Positions 1 to 9,595 of a stretch of 64,000 bases of DNA are shown piece by piece (positions within the stretch are counted from its first letter, which is position 1; the number at the start of each line of letters is the position of its first letter). The DNA comes from Nitrospirota bacterium (lineage in GTDB: Bacteria > Nitrospirota > Thermodesulfovibrionia > Thermodesulfovibrionales > UBA9159). A program made the translations under genes and the position numbers. The notes beneath the pieces were generated by a model. It was not told the origin of the DNA and made no database searches. It saw only the letters and a list, made by a program, of their open reading frames with translations. The stretch is from assembly GCA_963699545.1 (NCBI GenBank), contig CAVOUE010000006.1, positions 128,001 to 192,000 on the forward strand. The letters run 5' to 3'.

Positions 1-20
1 CCGCCTTCGCGGGAATGACG
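1..20. repeat. Half of a REP-like palindrome (CGTCATTCCCGCGAAGGCGG on minus strand), cut by the window edge
   Basis: Matches the widespread GTCATTCCCGCGnAGGCGGGAATCC REP/dRS3-like repeat; the partner arm would lie outside the window. Confidence 0.55.
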
Positions 21-1211
21 AGATTGTGTACCTTCTCTGCGTGTAAATATATCCAGGTACCTCTTCGCCACCGCTTTCCATGACCTTCCTTTCATATCCC
101 GCACAACGTTTTCAGCCTTATCCCCCATGGCCAGCAGTATTCCCTGTGCCATAGCTTCACTATCTTTGGGATTGACAAGCCTGCTACCTTCGCCCTCATG
201 AACAATTTCAGGCAGGCCGCCCGTTCTGCACGCAACCACTTTCTTGCCCGCAGCAAAAGCCTCCAGTGCAATGATGCCGAACGGTTCCCGGCGAGAGGGA
301 ATGACAAATAATTCACATCCTTTCATAAGACTTTTCATCTCGCGACTTTGGGCCCTGCCCCAGAAAATAATCTTGTTTGTGGTCCCTTTGCCGCCATCGG
401 ACCATTCTCTATTGTTTTCACGTTCCATAAAGGACAAACCTAAATCCACTGCAAGGTTGATAAGTTTTTTCTTTTCGGCTCCATCGCCCGCCAGAATGAG
501 GTCCGCCCTCAACCCTTTATCGAGGGCAACCCGGTAAGCCGAAAGCAATACATCGAAACCTTTCTTGTGCACAAAACGTCCCGCAGCAAAAATGTACGGT
601 ACCGCATGTTCATAAGGCAGAACGTTTTGAAATTCCTCCAGCCTTATGCCGTTGTGTATGGCAGTGGATTTTGCCTCAATCTCCGGCACGAGCTTTTTTG
701 CCCTGGTGAGGAGATACTCTGAGCAGGCAGTAACATGATCGGACGCGATCAACACTTTTCTGAACAGCCCGGAGTCGATCTTCGACCTATGGGGCAGACC
801 CTCCACATCGTCGCCGTGAAGTGACACCACACACCTGATACCGAGGATCTTCGCCGCAAGCATTGCATACGGAGCCTGGCTTCCGAGAAAGTGGATATTC
901 ACCACATCCGGTCTTCTTTTCGCCATAAGAAAAAGTAACCTGAAAGAGTTTACAGTCCCGATTATCAGTCCGGCAAGAAACTGCACGATCCGCTCCGGAC
1001 GCAACGACGAGAGGTACCATCCGGGGAAAAGCATTCTCCTCACTGATATGTCGTCTATTATCTCATGCCTTTTCAGATTACGAGGATATCGGTTTGTCAC
1101 GACAGTTATGTCATATCCCGCTGCTTTAAGCTCCTTGGCAAGTTGATATACTGCTTCCTGAAGACCACCCAAGACCGGAAGATACGATGATGTAATGAAA
1201 ATAATCTTCAT
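1..1211 (-). CDS. Glycosyltransferase family 4, 3' end runs off window
   Basis: ATG at 1211 reads MKIIFITSSYLPVLGGLQEAVYQLAKEL (GT4 N-terminus). The same frame reads SWKAVAKRYLDIF near base 80 with no stop before base 1, which explains its absence from the ORF track. Confidence 0.85.
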   Translation of the reverse strand, partial: MKIIFITSSYLPVLGGLQEAVYQLAKELKAAGYDITVVTNRYPRNLKRHEIIDDISVRRMLFPGWYLSSLRPERIVQFLAGLIIGTVNSFRLLFLMAKRRPDVVNIHFLGSQAPYAMLAAKILGIRCVVSLHGDDVEGLPHRSKIDSGLFRKVLIASDHVTACSEYLLTRAKKLVPEIEAKSTAIHNGIRLEEFQNVLPYEHAVPYIFAAGRFVHKKGFDVLLSAYRVALDKGLRADLILAGDGAEKKKLINLAVDLGLSFMERENNREWSDGGKGTTNKIIFWGRAQSREMKSLMKGCELFVIPSRREPFGIIALEAFAAGKKVVACRTGGLPEIVHEGEGSRLVNPKDSEAMAQGILLAMGDKAENVVRDMKGRSWKAVAKRYLDIFTRREGTQSRHSREG

Positions 1212-1318
1212 CAGATGATCACATCCGCTGTGTCCGACTTTGATCCTTTATCACTCTAAAGCAGAAAAGAACCAAAAGAATTCTTTATAACAACCTTCCT
1301 TATGCTTTCTCCTGGCAA

Positions 1319-2524
1319 TCATCTGTCTTTTGGAGGATAATTATTTTGAATAACGTTCCGATAAAAATGCAGGGTTGCTCCGGCTACGACTCTGACTTGA
1401 TACTGATTTATTGCCTTTTTCTTTCCCGCATCGCCCATGCGCCTTGCCAGTTCATCGTCAGCAAGCAACTTCAATATCGCTTCTGCCAAGGCCTCTGAAT
1501 TGCCGGGCGGTACGAGCAGGCCGGTCTTCCCGTTCTCGACTATTTCCTCAAGTGAGGTTTCCGAAGAGGCCACCACCGGCTTTCCGTGGAGCATCGCTTC
1601 CACTGCAGAAAAGCAAAAAGTTTCATAGTAAGAAGGCGCCACATAAACATCGCACATACTGTAATACGCTTCAATCTTGTCCCTCGCAACGTGTCCAGGC
1701 ATCTCGACCTTTCCCGAAAGTGCCCGCTCGGCAAGGAACTCGTTTATCTCCTCCGAGGCTATAGAGACGTGGGCGGCACCGGCCATCACAAGCCTCACGT
1801 CCGGCTTCTTCTTCACAACGTCCGCAAATGCCTTCAGTAGTGGCCAGATACCTTTCACGTCAGCAATGCGGCCTGCATAAAAAATAGTTTGGGGGCCTCT
1901 CCCTTCAGGACCACCCAGTTCAGGCGAAGAAACCGCAGCGACAGGATTCGGAATTACTTTCACAGGGAAGCTTTTGCCTAACTCACGTTCGAACATCCTT
2001 TTTGAGAGCTCACTGGGAGCAGAAATCCCCTTTGCTCTCCTGAACGGGATCCTCTGGAGGACCCGGTCCAATCTTGCCCCCACTGACGCTTTGCCCTTGG
2101 TGGCTTTCTCGAAGGAATAGGTAGAGCCGTGAAGCCTTATGACAAGGGGAACGGACCTCTCAAAAAGAGCGGTCGCCAGATTCCCTATTTCTGAGCTTTC
2201 GATGAGAGTGAAGCGATATTCCGCTTTAAGCTCCCTGAACCTGCGGTAAAATCCCCAGGACCACTCGATCTCCCGGATAGGCAGTGAAACGATCTTCCCC
2301 AAAAAAGGCAGCTTAGAAAGATACCAGTGAAGATTGCCTGCTTTGAATTCGTGCAGGTGACTTCCGTCCTTCAGCCTCGTTGTCTTGCGAGAGCGCCCTT
2401 TTACAATAATATGCACCTCATGCCCTGAACTCGCCAATTCAGGGACCAGAGCATCGAGATACGAGGCTATGCCGCCGCCGGACCCAAGGGAATGATGTTC
2501 CAATGCAAAGAAGCAAATATTCAA
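1319..2524 (-). CDS. Glycosyltransferase family 4
   Basis: GGGIASY N-terminus, GRIADVKG, and ETFCFSAVEAM (EX7E motif). Confidence 0.92.
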   Translation of the reverse strand: MNICFFALEHHSLGSGGGIASYLDALVPELASSGHEVHIIVKGRSRKTTRLKDGSHLHEFKAGNLHWYLSKLPFLGKIVSLPIREIEWSWGFYRRFRELKAEYRFTLIESSEIGNLATALFERSVPLVIRLHGSTYSFEKATKGKASVGARLDRVLQRIPFRRAKGISAPSELSKRMFERELGKSFPVKVIPNPVAAVSSPELGGPEGRGPQTIFYAGRIADVKGIWPLLKAFADVVKKKPDVRLVMAGAAHVSIASEEINEFLAERALSGKVEMPGHVARDKIEAYYSMCDVYVAPSYYETFCFSAVEAMLHGKPVVASSETSLEEIVENGKTGLLVPPGNSEALAEAILKLLADDELARRMGDAGKKKAINQYQVRVVAGATLHFYRNVIQNNYPPKDR

Positions 2525-3216
2525 AGGTCATCTCTCTTGATCGCCCTGAAAGTTATCTGGCCTGCGAAATGATAGGGCGCCGTCTCTCGTATCCACCTGC
2601 TTTTTGAAGCATATCCGGAACCCATGAGATGTCTGAGCGCAGATATTCTGTCAAAAATAAGGCTGATTCCCCAGACGCATGCTCCCGCACCCCGGAGGGC
2701 ACATTGTGCAAGCAGCTCGCTGCCGGTCAACTGGCGGACCCAGGTCCAGCTTATCAGGGGGAAGCATCCGATGCCGGGCAAGAAGAGAATGTCTTTAAAG
2801 TGTTTGCTTGTCAGGATCTTCTCAAGCCCGTGATGGCTGAAATTAAAATATACCTTGCCGTGCATCGGCTCCAGGAAAGATGCGCTTCCTATGACGATGC
2901 CTCCCGGTTTCAGAACGCGGCAGATCTCGCCGACAGCCTGCCAGGGGTCATCCAGGTATTCCATCACCTGCCAGATGACCGCCAGATCAAAGGTATTGTC
3001 ATGAAAGGGCAGGTGATGCGCATCGCCTTCCATCACGTCATCTCCCCGTGAACTCGCATTATCACATCCTGTCCACGTGTATCCCGCCTCTTCTATGACC
3101 TCCCTGTGCCTTCCCCGCCCCGCCCCGACGTCGAGGGCCTTTCCTGTGCCTCTGAGAAGAACCTCCTTAAGTGATGTCCAGTCGGGCCTTAGCGTCTTCC
3201 ACAGCGGTTCAGACAT
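2521..3216 (-). CDS. Class I SAM-dependent methyltransferase
   Basis: LDVGAGRG motif I, GDAHHLPF, RVLKPGG; start placed at MSEPLW overlapping the upstream stop. Confidence 0.85.
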   Translation of the reverse strand: MSEPLWKTLRPDWTSLKEVLLRGTGKALDVGAGRGRHREVIEEAGYTWTGCDNASSRGDDVMEGDAHHLPFHDNTFDLAVIWQVMEYLDDPWQAVGEICRVLKPGGIVIGSASFLEPMHGKVYFNFSHHGLEKILTSKHFKDILFLPGIGCFPLISWTWVRQLTGSELLAQCALRGAGACVWGISLIFDRISALRHLMGSGYASKSRWIRETAPYHFAGQITFRAIKRDDL

Positions 3217-5218
3217 TCTGCCTCGCCTTCCGGGATATTCCCGATACATTCTGTTCGTGGGAAGACGTTGCGGGAAACCAGATGCGCTCTGCAGGCCTGC
3301 CATCTCCGACAGTGAGCGCATAATGCTTGAAATGCCCGCTCGCCTTCTTATAGTTGCCGCCTATTCCGGATAATTGGGAAGTGTAGTACCTGATCATCTT
3401 CAGTTTGGCCTTCATTTCAATGAAGACCACCAAAGGCGACAGGATGTTCTCATGCCCCGCCCCGATCGTCTTAAGCTCTTCGGGGTACCACATGCTGTAG
3501 GGGAATTCTTCATAGAAAACTATCTGAAAACCTTCGGCGATCAGCCGCAGGCCGACCTTATGAGCGATCTGATGGTCCACATGATTCCCGATGCCCAGCG
3601 GTACAAGGACCTGCGTTCTTTCCGGATCATACCTCCGCAGTGTCTTTGCGACCTGTTCATATACGTCATCGCACAATTTCAGGTCCCGGGGATGAAGCGC
3701 CTTCCTGATGCCCTCGTAATCGGTATAGAGGGGAACTCCTTCTTCCGTTTTCCGGTAGATGCAGTCAAGAAAATCCAGATGTATCTCCTGAGCGCCTATC
3801 GTTGCCAGGGCTTTCCTGTCCTCGTTCATCCTGACACTGACCGGGTCCGTGAGGTTCCACTTATGGTGGATTTCCCGGGCAAAAGGGCTCAGGTGAGAAT
3901 TGTCAGGCACCCCTCCGAACAGGGTCACGATCACATTGCTCTTGCCCTGCTTGCCGTATTCATGCATGATTCCTCCGCACGAAAACACCGCGTCGTCGAA
4001 ATGAGGAGAGAGAAAAACAACATGATTATGTAAGCCGCTCCGGGTGCCAGGGGGCAGCTGTTTATAAAAAGCGAGCATTTCTCCGCCTATCCTCTCGGCG
4101 CTGAACTCCTCCCTTCTCTTGCTGTCGGGCAATTCGACTTTCATGGAAACGGCCTCCACGCAGGCGTCGGCAAGTGCGCCGACGTCCCCCGGGGGCACAA
4201 GACAACCGCTCTGCCCTGGGACAATAAAATTGTGGGCCGCACTGATATCAAAAGCGATCACCGGCTTGCCGTGCATCAATGCCTCGAGGTAAATATATCC
4301 AAAGCTCTCATAGAATGACGGGATCACCACCGCAGTCGCCTTTCGATAGTGCTCACCTATTTGATCTTTCCGTACGTACCCGAGAAAATGCACTCTTTCG
4401 CTGATTCCCAGCTCCGCGACGAGCTCCCTTACCTCTTTTTCCCGAATGGAAGGATGAAACTGGCCGGCAAAAAAAAAATCGGCCGAAGGAAGTTTTTCCA
4501 CAATCCCGGGAATGGCCTTTAATAATTCAAGGACCCCTTTCCTTCTGTCGATCCTTCCGACGAAAAGAAATCCGGGGTTATCAGGTCGTGAAGCCTGTGT
4601 TTCAGCGGTAAAATTTTCGGGTCTTAGGGGATTCATGATAACGCTCACGGTGCCCGGCGGCAGCCCGATTTCGTGTTCTATTTCTGCTGCATGGGATCTG
4701 CTCGGAGCGGACAGGGAATGAGCCTTCCTGATCGCCATCCGCTGAAGAAGACGGCTCAAGAGAATACCTGTGGGAATTTTCCCCGGCGGTGTATATTTTT
4801 CACAGGAATATGCTTCGCCATGGAGCCGGACGACTGTCTTTATCCCCGGCCTCAGGAATCTGAATCCGCACGCTCCCGTTTCGATCCCTTCCACTATATC
4901 GATGGGGGCCGTCGCATCAATTTCTTTAATGGCCTTTAGGACAGCCCATGAATATTCCAGTTCCCTCAGGGGAAGGGAAAACAGTTTTCCGATGAATGGT
5001 AGGGTGGAAAGATACCAATGCACATTTCCGGAGTTGACCCAACACACCCGTATCCCTCCGTCCTCTGAGAGATACGGCTCACGATCGTTTCTCAAAGCGA
5101 TAGCAGAAACTTTATGGCCCCGTCGGACAAGCTCATGTCCCAGGGTCTGCACATACGTCCCCACCCCGCCGCCGCCTGTCTCATCAGGATAATCAAGGGA
5201 GGCGAAACAGATGTGCAT
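3209..5218 (-). CDS. GT4 glycosyltransferase fused to PIG-L/LmbE family deacetylase
   Basis: N-terminal GT4 (ESFGYIYLEALM); C-terminal SPHFDDAVFSCGG and GNHVDHQ metal-binding motifs of PIG-L deacetylases. Confidence 0.85.
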   Translation of the reverse strand: MHICFASLDYPDETGGGGVGTYVQTLGHELVRRGHKVSAIALRNDREPYLSEDGGIRVCWVNSGNVHWYLSTLPFIGKLFSLPLRELEYSWAVLKAIKEIDATAPIDIVEGIETGACGFRFLRPGIKTVVRLHGEAYSCEKYTPPGKIPTGILLSRLLQRMAIRKAHSLSAPSRSHAAEIEHEIGLPPGTVSVIMNPLRPENFTAETQASRPDNPGFLFVGRIDRRKGVLELLKAIPGIVEKLPSADFFFAGQFHPSIREKEVRELVAELGISERVHFLGYVRKDQIGEHYRKATAVVIPSFYESFGYIYLEALMHGKPVIAFDISAAHNFIVPGQSGCLVPPGDVGALADACVEAVSMKVELPDSKRREEFSAERIGGEMLAFYKQLPPGTRSGLHNHVVFLSPHFDDAVFSCGGIMHEYGKQGKSNVIVTLFGGVPDNSHLSPFAREIHHKWNLTDPVSVRMNEDRKALATIGAQEIHLDFLDCIYRKTEEGVPLYTDYEGIRKALHPRDLKLCDDVYEQVAKTLRRYDPERTQVLVPLGIGNHVDHQIAHKVGLRLIAEGFQIVFYEEFPYSMWYPEELKTIGAGHENILSPLVVFIEMKAKLKMIRYYTSQLSGIGGNYKKASGHFKHYALTVGDGRPAERIWFPATSSHEQNVSGISRKARQNV

Positions 5219-6152
5219 TCAGACCGCCCTGCCCACTGCAAGCCGGAGATTCATGTAAAGCCTTCCCAGACGCTGATCCAACCTGCACACGGCATCAATA
5301 AAGGCATCATGGTTCATACGGGCACCGGCAAGGACAGCTTCAAAAAGAAACCGTGTGCAACGTCTCATGTCATACCAGGCGTTATGCCAATATGTTCTCG
5401 CCCGTTGATCCGCTCCGGCATCAAGGACCGCCTGGGTTGCGCCATCCCAGAAGAGTTCTCCGAAAAAACCATCTTCTGGTCTTTCTCTCCACGGTAACAC
5501 GGTGCATGACCTTTGCTCCGGGATGATAAAATGCCTTGTAGCCGTTAGCGAAAACATTCCTGTAGACGAGCGCTTCCTCACCCGAAAGCAGGCAGAGGCC
5601 CTTCCGTCCAAGAGTCACGGGAAACCCGCCTTGTTTTAGCACCCACTCGCGACGAAAGGCGATGTTCGCGCCGACAAGGTAATCGCCGGCCGATAAATAA
5701 CGCTCGTCCGGACCGTGGTTCACACTTGTGAACAGTGGTTCATACCGTTTCGGGACCCATGAAGGCCTTGCACCCTGCCAGTCCAGCTCCACCGGACCGC
5801 CGACACATACGATCCCCTTGTCCCGGCCAAACGCCTCAAGCACCGAAGCCAGCCATTGAAGTTCCGCGCAGGCGTCGTCGTCTATGAAGATAACGAGAGC
5901 GGAGTTCGTTTCCTTCAAGCCCCGGTTACGTGCGACGGATAAGCCCTGTGCAGGCTCAAACACATACCGGAGGTTCAGCATCGTCCCCTGGAGCCGCTTT
6001 ATGACATCAGCGGTTTCATCGGTTGAGTTGTTGTCCACTGCAAGGATCTCAAAGAAATCGCCTGAGAGGGTCTGCTCTTTGAGACTCTCAATAAGTTTCT
6101 GCAGGTATTCGCAGCGGTTGAACGTGCATATGATGACGCAGATGTCAGTCAT
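5219..6152 (-). CDS. Glycosyltransferase family 2 (one frameshift near 5455)
   Basis: VIICTFNR, VDNNSTD, FIDDD, SGEE motifs; C-terminus continues in another frame (LFWDGATQAVLDAG) after an apparent extra A. Confidence 0.85.
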
Positions 6153-7341
6153 GACCTGCCGTCCGGTCATGAATCCTGATCGCACGTCGATATACCTCAA
6201 TGGTCTGATCCACTATCCTGTCTGTTGAAAAATGTTCCCGCACTCTCGTAACCGCATTCTCTCCCAATTTCCGTCGCAGTTTCTCATCCTGCAACAGCCT
6301 TAAGACAGCCACTGATATCCCTTCGGGTTCTTCAGGATCGATGAGAATTCCGGACACCCCGTCCTCTATCATCTCTGCCATGCCCCCGTTCCTGCTCCCC
6401 ACCACAGCGCAGCCGCAGGCCATCGCTTCCAGACAAGTGTAAGGGAAATTCTCCCAGAGTGAAGGAAGGACGCAGACAGCAGCCTTCCGGAGATGGCGAA
6501 GAACATCCTGACGGGGAACGCCTCCCGGAAAGCTGAGGGAACCCCTCATCTTCTCCGGAATTTGGCTCACTATGAACTCCCTGAGGGAAGGTCCGTCATG
6601 CCAGCTGCGGTCGGGTCCGAGGAAAACAAATCTCGCATCTCCCATACTGTTCAAAACCCCGGGTATTATCTTGCCGAACACCTGCACACCCTTGTGCCAT
6701 TCGAGGCGTCCGACAAAGAGAACTGTTCTTCCATCCTCTTCTCTGGCCGGCAGGCTTTCGGGAAGAGTTATCGGATTGTACACCACCGGGCAATCTCTTT
6801 TCGGGAAGAAATCTTTGCCCGCCCAGAGAAGGGCATGACTACACGAATATGCGACATCCGCCTTATTTATGGTGAGCTTTTCCGCCAAATACTCAAGTCT
6901 GTTCCAGAGATCAGGCCTGTTGTGCGCAGTTTGATCCAACAGCCAGCGCGGCGTATGGAGTTTGATGACTGTGGCCGGTCTCCGTCTCCTTGTGAGCTGA
7001 TAAAAAAGCAGGTCTGCGTATATTTCAGAGCTCTCTATAAGGTCTATATTGTATTTCTCAACCAGCTTATCCAGTTTCTCGGCCACCGAGAGCCGATACC
7101 CGGTTAAGTACCTCTGAAAACGCCAGAAAAACCGCTTGTCAGAGAGATTCCACTTGTTCAGTATGCGGTAGGCATGAATCCCGTTTTCAACGGTGCAACT
7201 CTCGTTTTCAAGCGCCCTCGATAATACTATTACGCGATGTCCTCTTTCAGTAAGAGCCCTTGCCATTTCATGCACATAGGTACCGATACCGCCCCATGCC
7301 GTTTCCGGCGGGTACTCCTGTGAAACGAAGCAAATGTTCAA
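6145..7341 (-). CDS. Glycosyltransferase family 4
   Basis: EYPPETAWGGIGTY, GRLEWHKG, ENFPYTCLEAM. Confidence 0.92.
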   Translation of the reverse strand: MNICFVSQEYPPETAWGGIGTYVHEMARALTERGHRVIVLSRALENESCTVENGIHAYRILNKWNLSDKRFFWRFQRYLTGYRLSVAEKLDKLVEKYNIDLIESSEIYADLLFYQLTRRRRPATVIKLHTPRWLLDQTAHNRPDLWNRLEYLAEKLTINKADVAYSCSHALLWAGKDFFPKRDCPVVYNPITLPESLPAREEDGRTVLFVGRLEWHKGVQVFGKIIPGVLNSMGDARFVFLGPDRSWHDGPSLREFIVSQIPEKMRGSLSFPGGVPRQDVLRHLRKAAVCVLPSLWENFPYTCLEAMACGCAVVGSRNGGMAEMIEDGVSGILIDPEEPEGISVAVLRLLQDEKLRRKLGENAVTRVREHFSTDRIVDQTIEVYRRAIRIHDRTAGHD

Positions 7342-7347
7342 GCGCCC

Positions 7348-8052
7348 TTATTGCCTGACAGACCCGAGCATCTTCTTTTTCAAACGATAGAGGAATGTGT
7401 GGATGACAAACACTGCCACTCTTGTCCGGCATGGCTTATCGCTGCATACAAGGATATTGTTATCGCCGCCCCGCCCTTTTCGTACCCCGCAGTCTATCTG
7501 GGTGAAGTCGGTCACATACCTGAAGAAACTCGCCAGAAGGTCATGGAACTCTGCCGGAGTGTAGTGGCGCTCGTGCCAGGGATTATCCTCGGCCTTCAAC
7601 ACTTCGGCATTCGGCGCGGACACAAAGAACAGGCCACCGGGCAGCAGCATTCCTGATATGATCCGGAGAAACCCCTTATCATCCTTCAGGTGCTCTATTG
7701 TCTCAAATGATACGATAGCGTTGTACTTTTGACCGGCAGGATACACGTTGCTGTCGAGCAGGTCCCCTCTGATATACCTGATATTGTCCTTTGCCCAATG
7801 CGTCTGCGCGTACCGGATGGCCTCGTCGTCATAGTCTATTGCAGCGACCTTCAACGCCCGTTCGGCCAGCAGGTAACTGCCGTATCCGACCCCGCAGGCC
7901 GCATCAAGGACGATGGCACTTTGTTTGATAAAATATTGTGCGAAGTTGTATCGGTTGATGTGGTCGTTCGAAAACTCCTCAAGCCTTGTCCCGAGCTCAC
8001 GCTCGCCGCTGAAGAGATTATCTTTCTCCTTTGTTATCTTTTCAGGAAACAT
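7348..8052 (-). CDS. Class I SAM-dependent methyltransferase
   Basis: HINRY, LDAACGVGYG, SFETIEHL, NPWHERHY; typical of polysaccharide-cluster methyltransferases. Confidence 0.88.
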   Translation of the reverse strand: MFPEKITKEKDNLFSGERELGTRLEEFSNDHINRYNFAQYFIKQSAIVLDAACGVGYGSYLLAERALKVAAIDYDDEAIRYAQTHWAKDNIRYIRGDLLDSNVYPAGQKYNAIVSFETIEHLKDDKGFLRIISGMLLPGGLFFVSAPNAEVLKAEDNPWHERHYTPAEFHDLLASFFRYVTDFTQIDCGVRKGRGGDNNILVCSDKPCRTRVAVFVIHTFLYRLKKKMLGSVRQ

Positions 8053-8064
8053 CCCTGTCTCACC

Positions 8065-9585
8065 TTACACATTGAAGTATTTTCCGAATGCCGGCCTTAA
8101 GACCCCCGGCATTTTGTCCTTCAGGAAAAGGAGCATTTCCGTATCCTCACCGGTGAATATGCCCAATACTTTCATTGCCAGCAAGTAGAGTGCGATCCCC
8201 GACAGGACCGCGATCGAAAGTCCTGCCGCATTAGAAATCTTTGTCGAGATGAGGAACGCCAGAAAGAACATTGGAAGGGATGCCAGAAACACCCTGAACT
8301 GAAAACGAAAGGGGATCTCGACCCTGAAGGTCCTTTTGAGATAAAAAAGAGTGATGACCGCGGCAAGAAGATGCACTATGGAGGTTGCCCATGCCGCGCC
8401 CAGGGCTGCGTAGGACTTTATCAGGAAATAATCGAGGACAAGATTGAGCAGGGAAAGAACGATGCCCCACATTACAATAAAATTCTGTCTTCCGGATGCA
8501 AATATCATTGCGGATGCCCCGATATAGAGGGAGATAAACCCCTTTGCCAGGAAGATCGGGACAAAGAGCACAGGGACAGCCAGGTATCTCTCGCCGTACA
8601 ATACATAGACCAGATTTTTCGAAACTGCGATGGCACCCAGCGTCATGGGGATTATCGCAACGGACAGATATTTCGACAGGAAGAAGAAAACCTTGTTCAT
8701 CTGGGCATGGCTGTCCTTTCCATGCAGTTCCGACATCACAGGGATAAGGAAGCCCCCCAGTACCCCGGGCAGAAAGCCTATCAGCCTCATACCCCAGCCA
8801 AAGGCCAGAGAATAATATGCGATCTGCTCCGGAGAAGAGAACTTCTGGAGGAAAAAGATCTCGGAACGCTGCCAGATGATCTGGTCGGTGATGACGATGA
8901 CCCAGATGCTGAGGTTATATCTGAATATCTCCCTGAAAAGCGGCCTGTCCGTAAACCTGAACAGCCAGACGCTCAGTGATCTTTTCAGAAAGATATAAAG
9001 GACAAATAGTCTGGGGAAGAGGAGGAGAAAATTTACGACAATGATGCCCTGCACGCCGTACCCCATCCAGACCGCCGCAAGGCTGCAGACCAGAGAGACC
9101 GGTTGAAGGACCATATTCAGAAGGGAAATCTCCTTTATCTTCTGGAGACCGGTAAGCGAAAACCTGAACACATCAATAACGGCTGACGGAATAATTGTCA
9201 GGACGATGACCAAGAAAAGGGATGAAAGGGTCGGCTCATTGAAATACCCGGCGACCCTTCCCCTGAAGGCAAACAGAAAAATAACAAAGAGGATGCTTAT
9301 CGCCAGTTCACAGGAGAGCACCGTCGAAACGATTCGTGCGGACTTCTCACTGTCATCTTTCCCCTGGTAGAGGGAGATGTAGCGTGAGAGGGTCCCGCTG
9401 AACCCCATGCCGACGATGAAGCCGAAGATTGAGAGGAGCCATAACAGGAAATTCAACCTGCCGTATTCTGCGGGGCCGAGCATGCGTGCATACATCACCG
9501 ATGCGATCACGCCCAGGAAGAGCATGAGGGCATCCGCAACGGCTTGATACTTGGTATGACTGAACAGTTTTCTTTTGAGGCTCAT
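8065..9585 (-). CDS. wzx: Wzx-type polysaccharide flippase (MOP superfamily)
   Basis: ARMLGPAEYG, many hydrophobic helices, GAAWAT; start placed at MSLKRKLF. Confidence 0.82.
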   Translation of the reverse strand: MSLKRKLFSHTKYQAVADALMLFLGVIASVMYARMLGPAEYGRLNFLLWLLSIFGFIVGMGFSGTLSRYISLYQGKDDSEKSARIVSTVLSCELAISILFVIFLFAFRGRVAGYFNEPTLSSLFLVIVLTIIPSAVIDVFRFSLTGLQKIKEISLLNMVLQPVSLVCSLAAVWMGYGVQGIIVVNFLLLFPRLFVLYIFLKRSLSVWLFRFTDRPLFREIFRYNLSIWVIVITDQIIWQRSEIFFLQKFSSPEQIAYYSLAFGWGMRLIGFLPGVLGGFLIPVMSELHGKDSHAQMNKVFFFLSKYLSVAIIPMTLGAIAVSKNLVYVLYGERYLAVPVLFVPIFLAKGFISLYIGASAMIFASGRQNFIVMWGIVLSLLNLVLDYFLIKSYAALGAAWATSIVHLLAAVITLFYLKRTFRVEIPFRFQFRVFLASLPMFFLAFLISTKISNAAGLSIAVLSGIALYLLAMKVLGIFTGEDTEMLLFLKDKMPGVLRPAFGKYFNV

Positions 9586-9595
9586 CGAAAGACCA

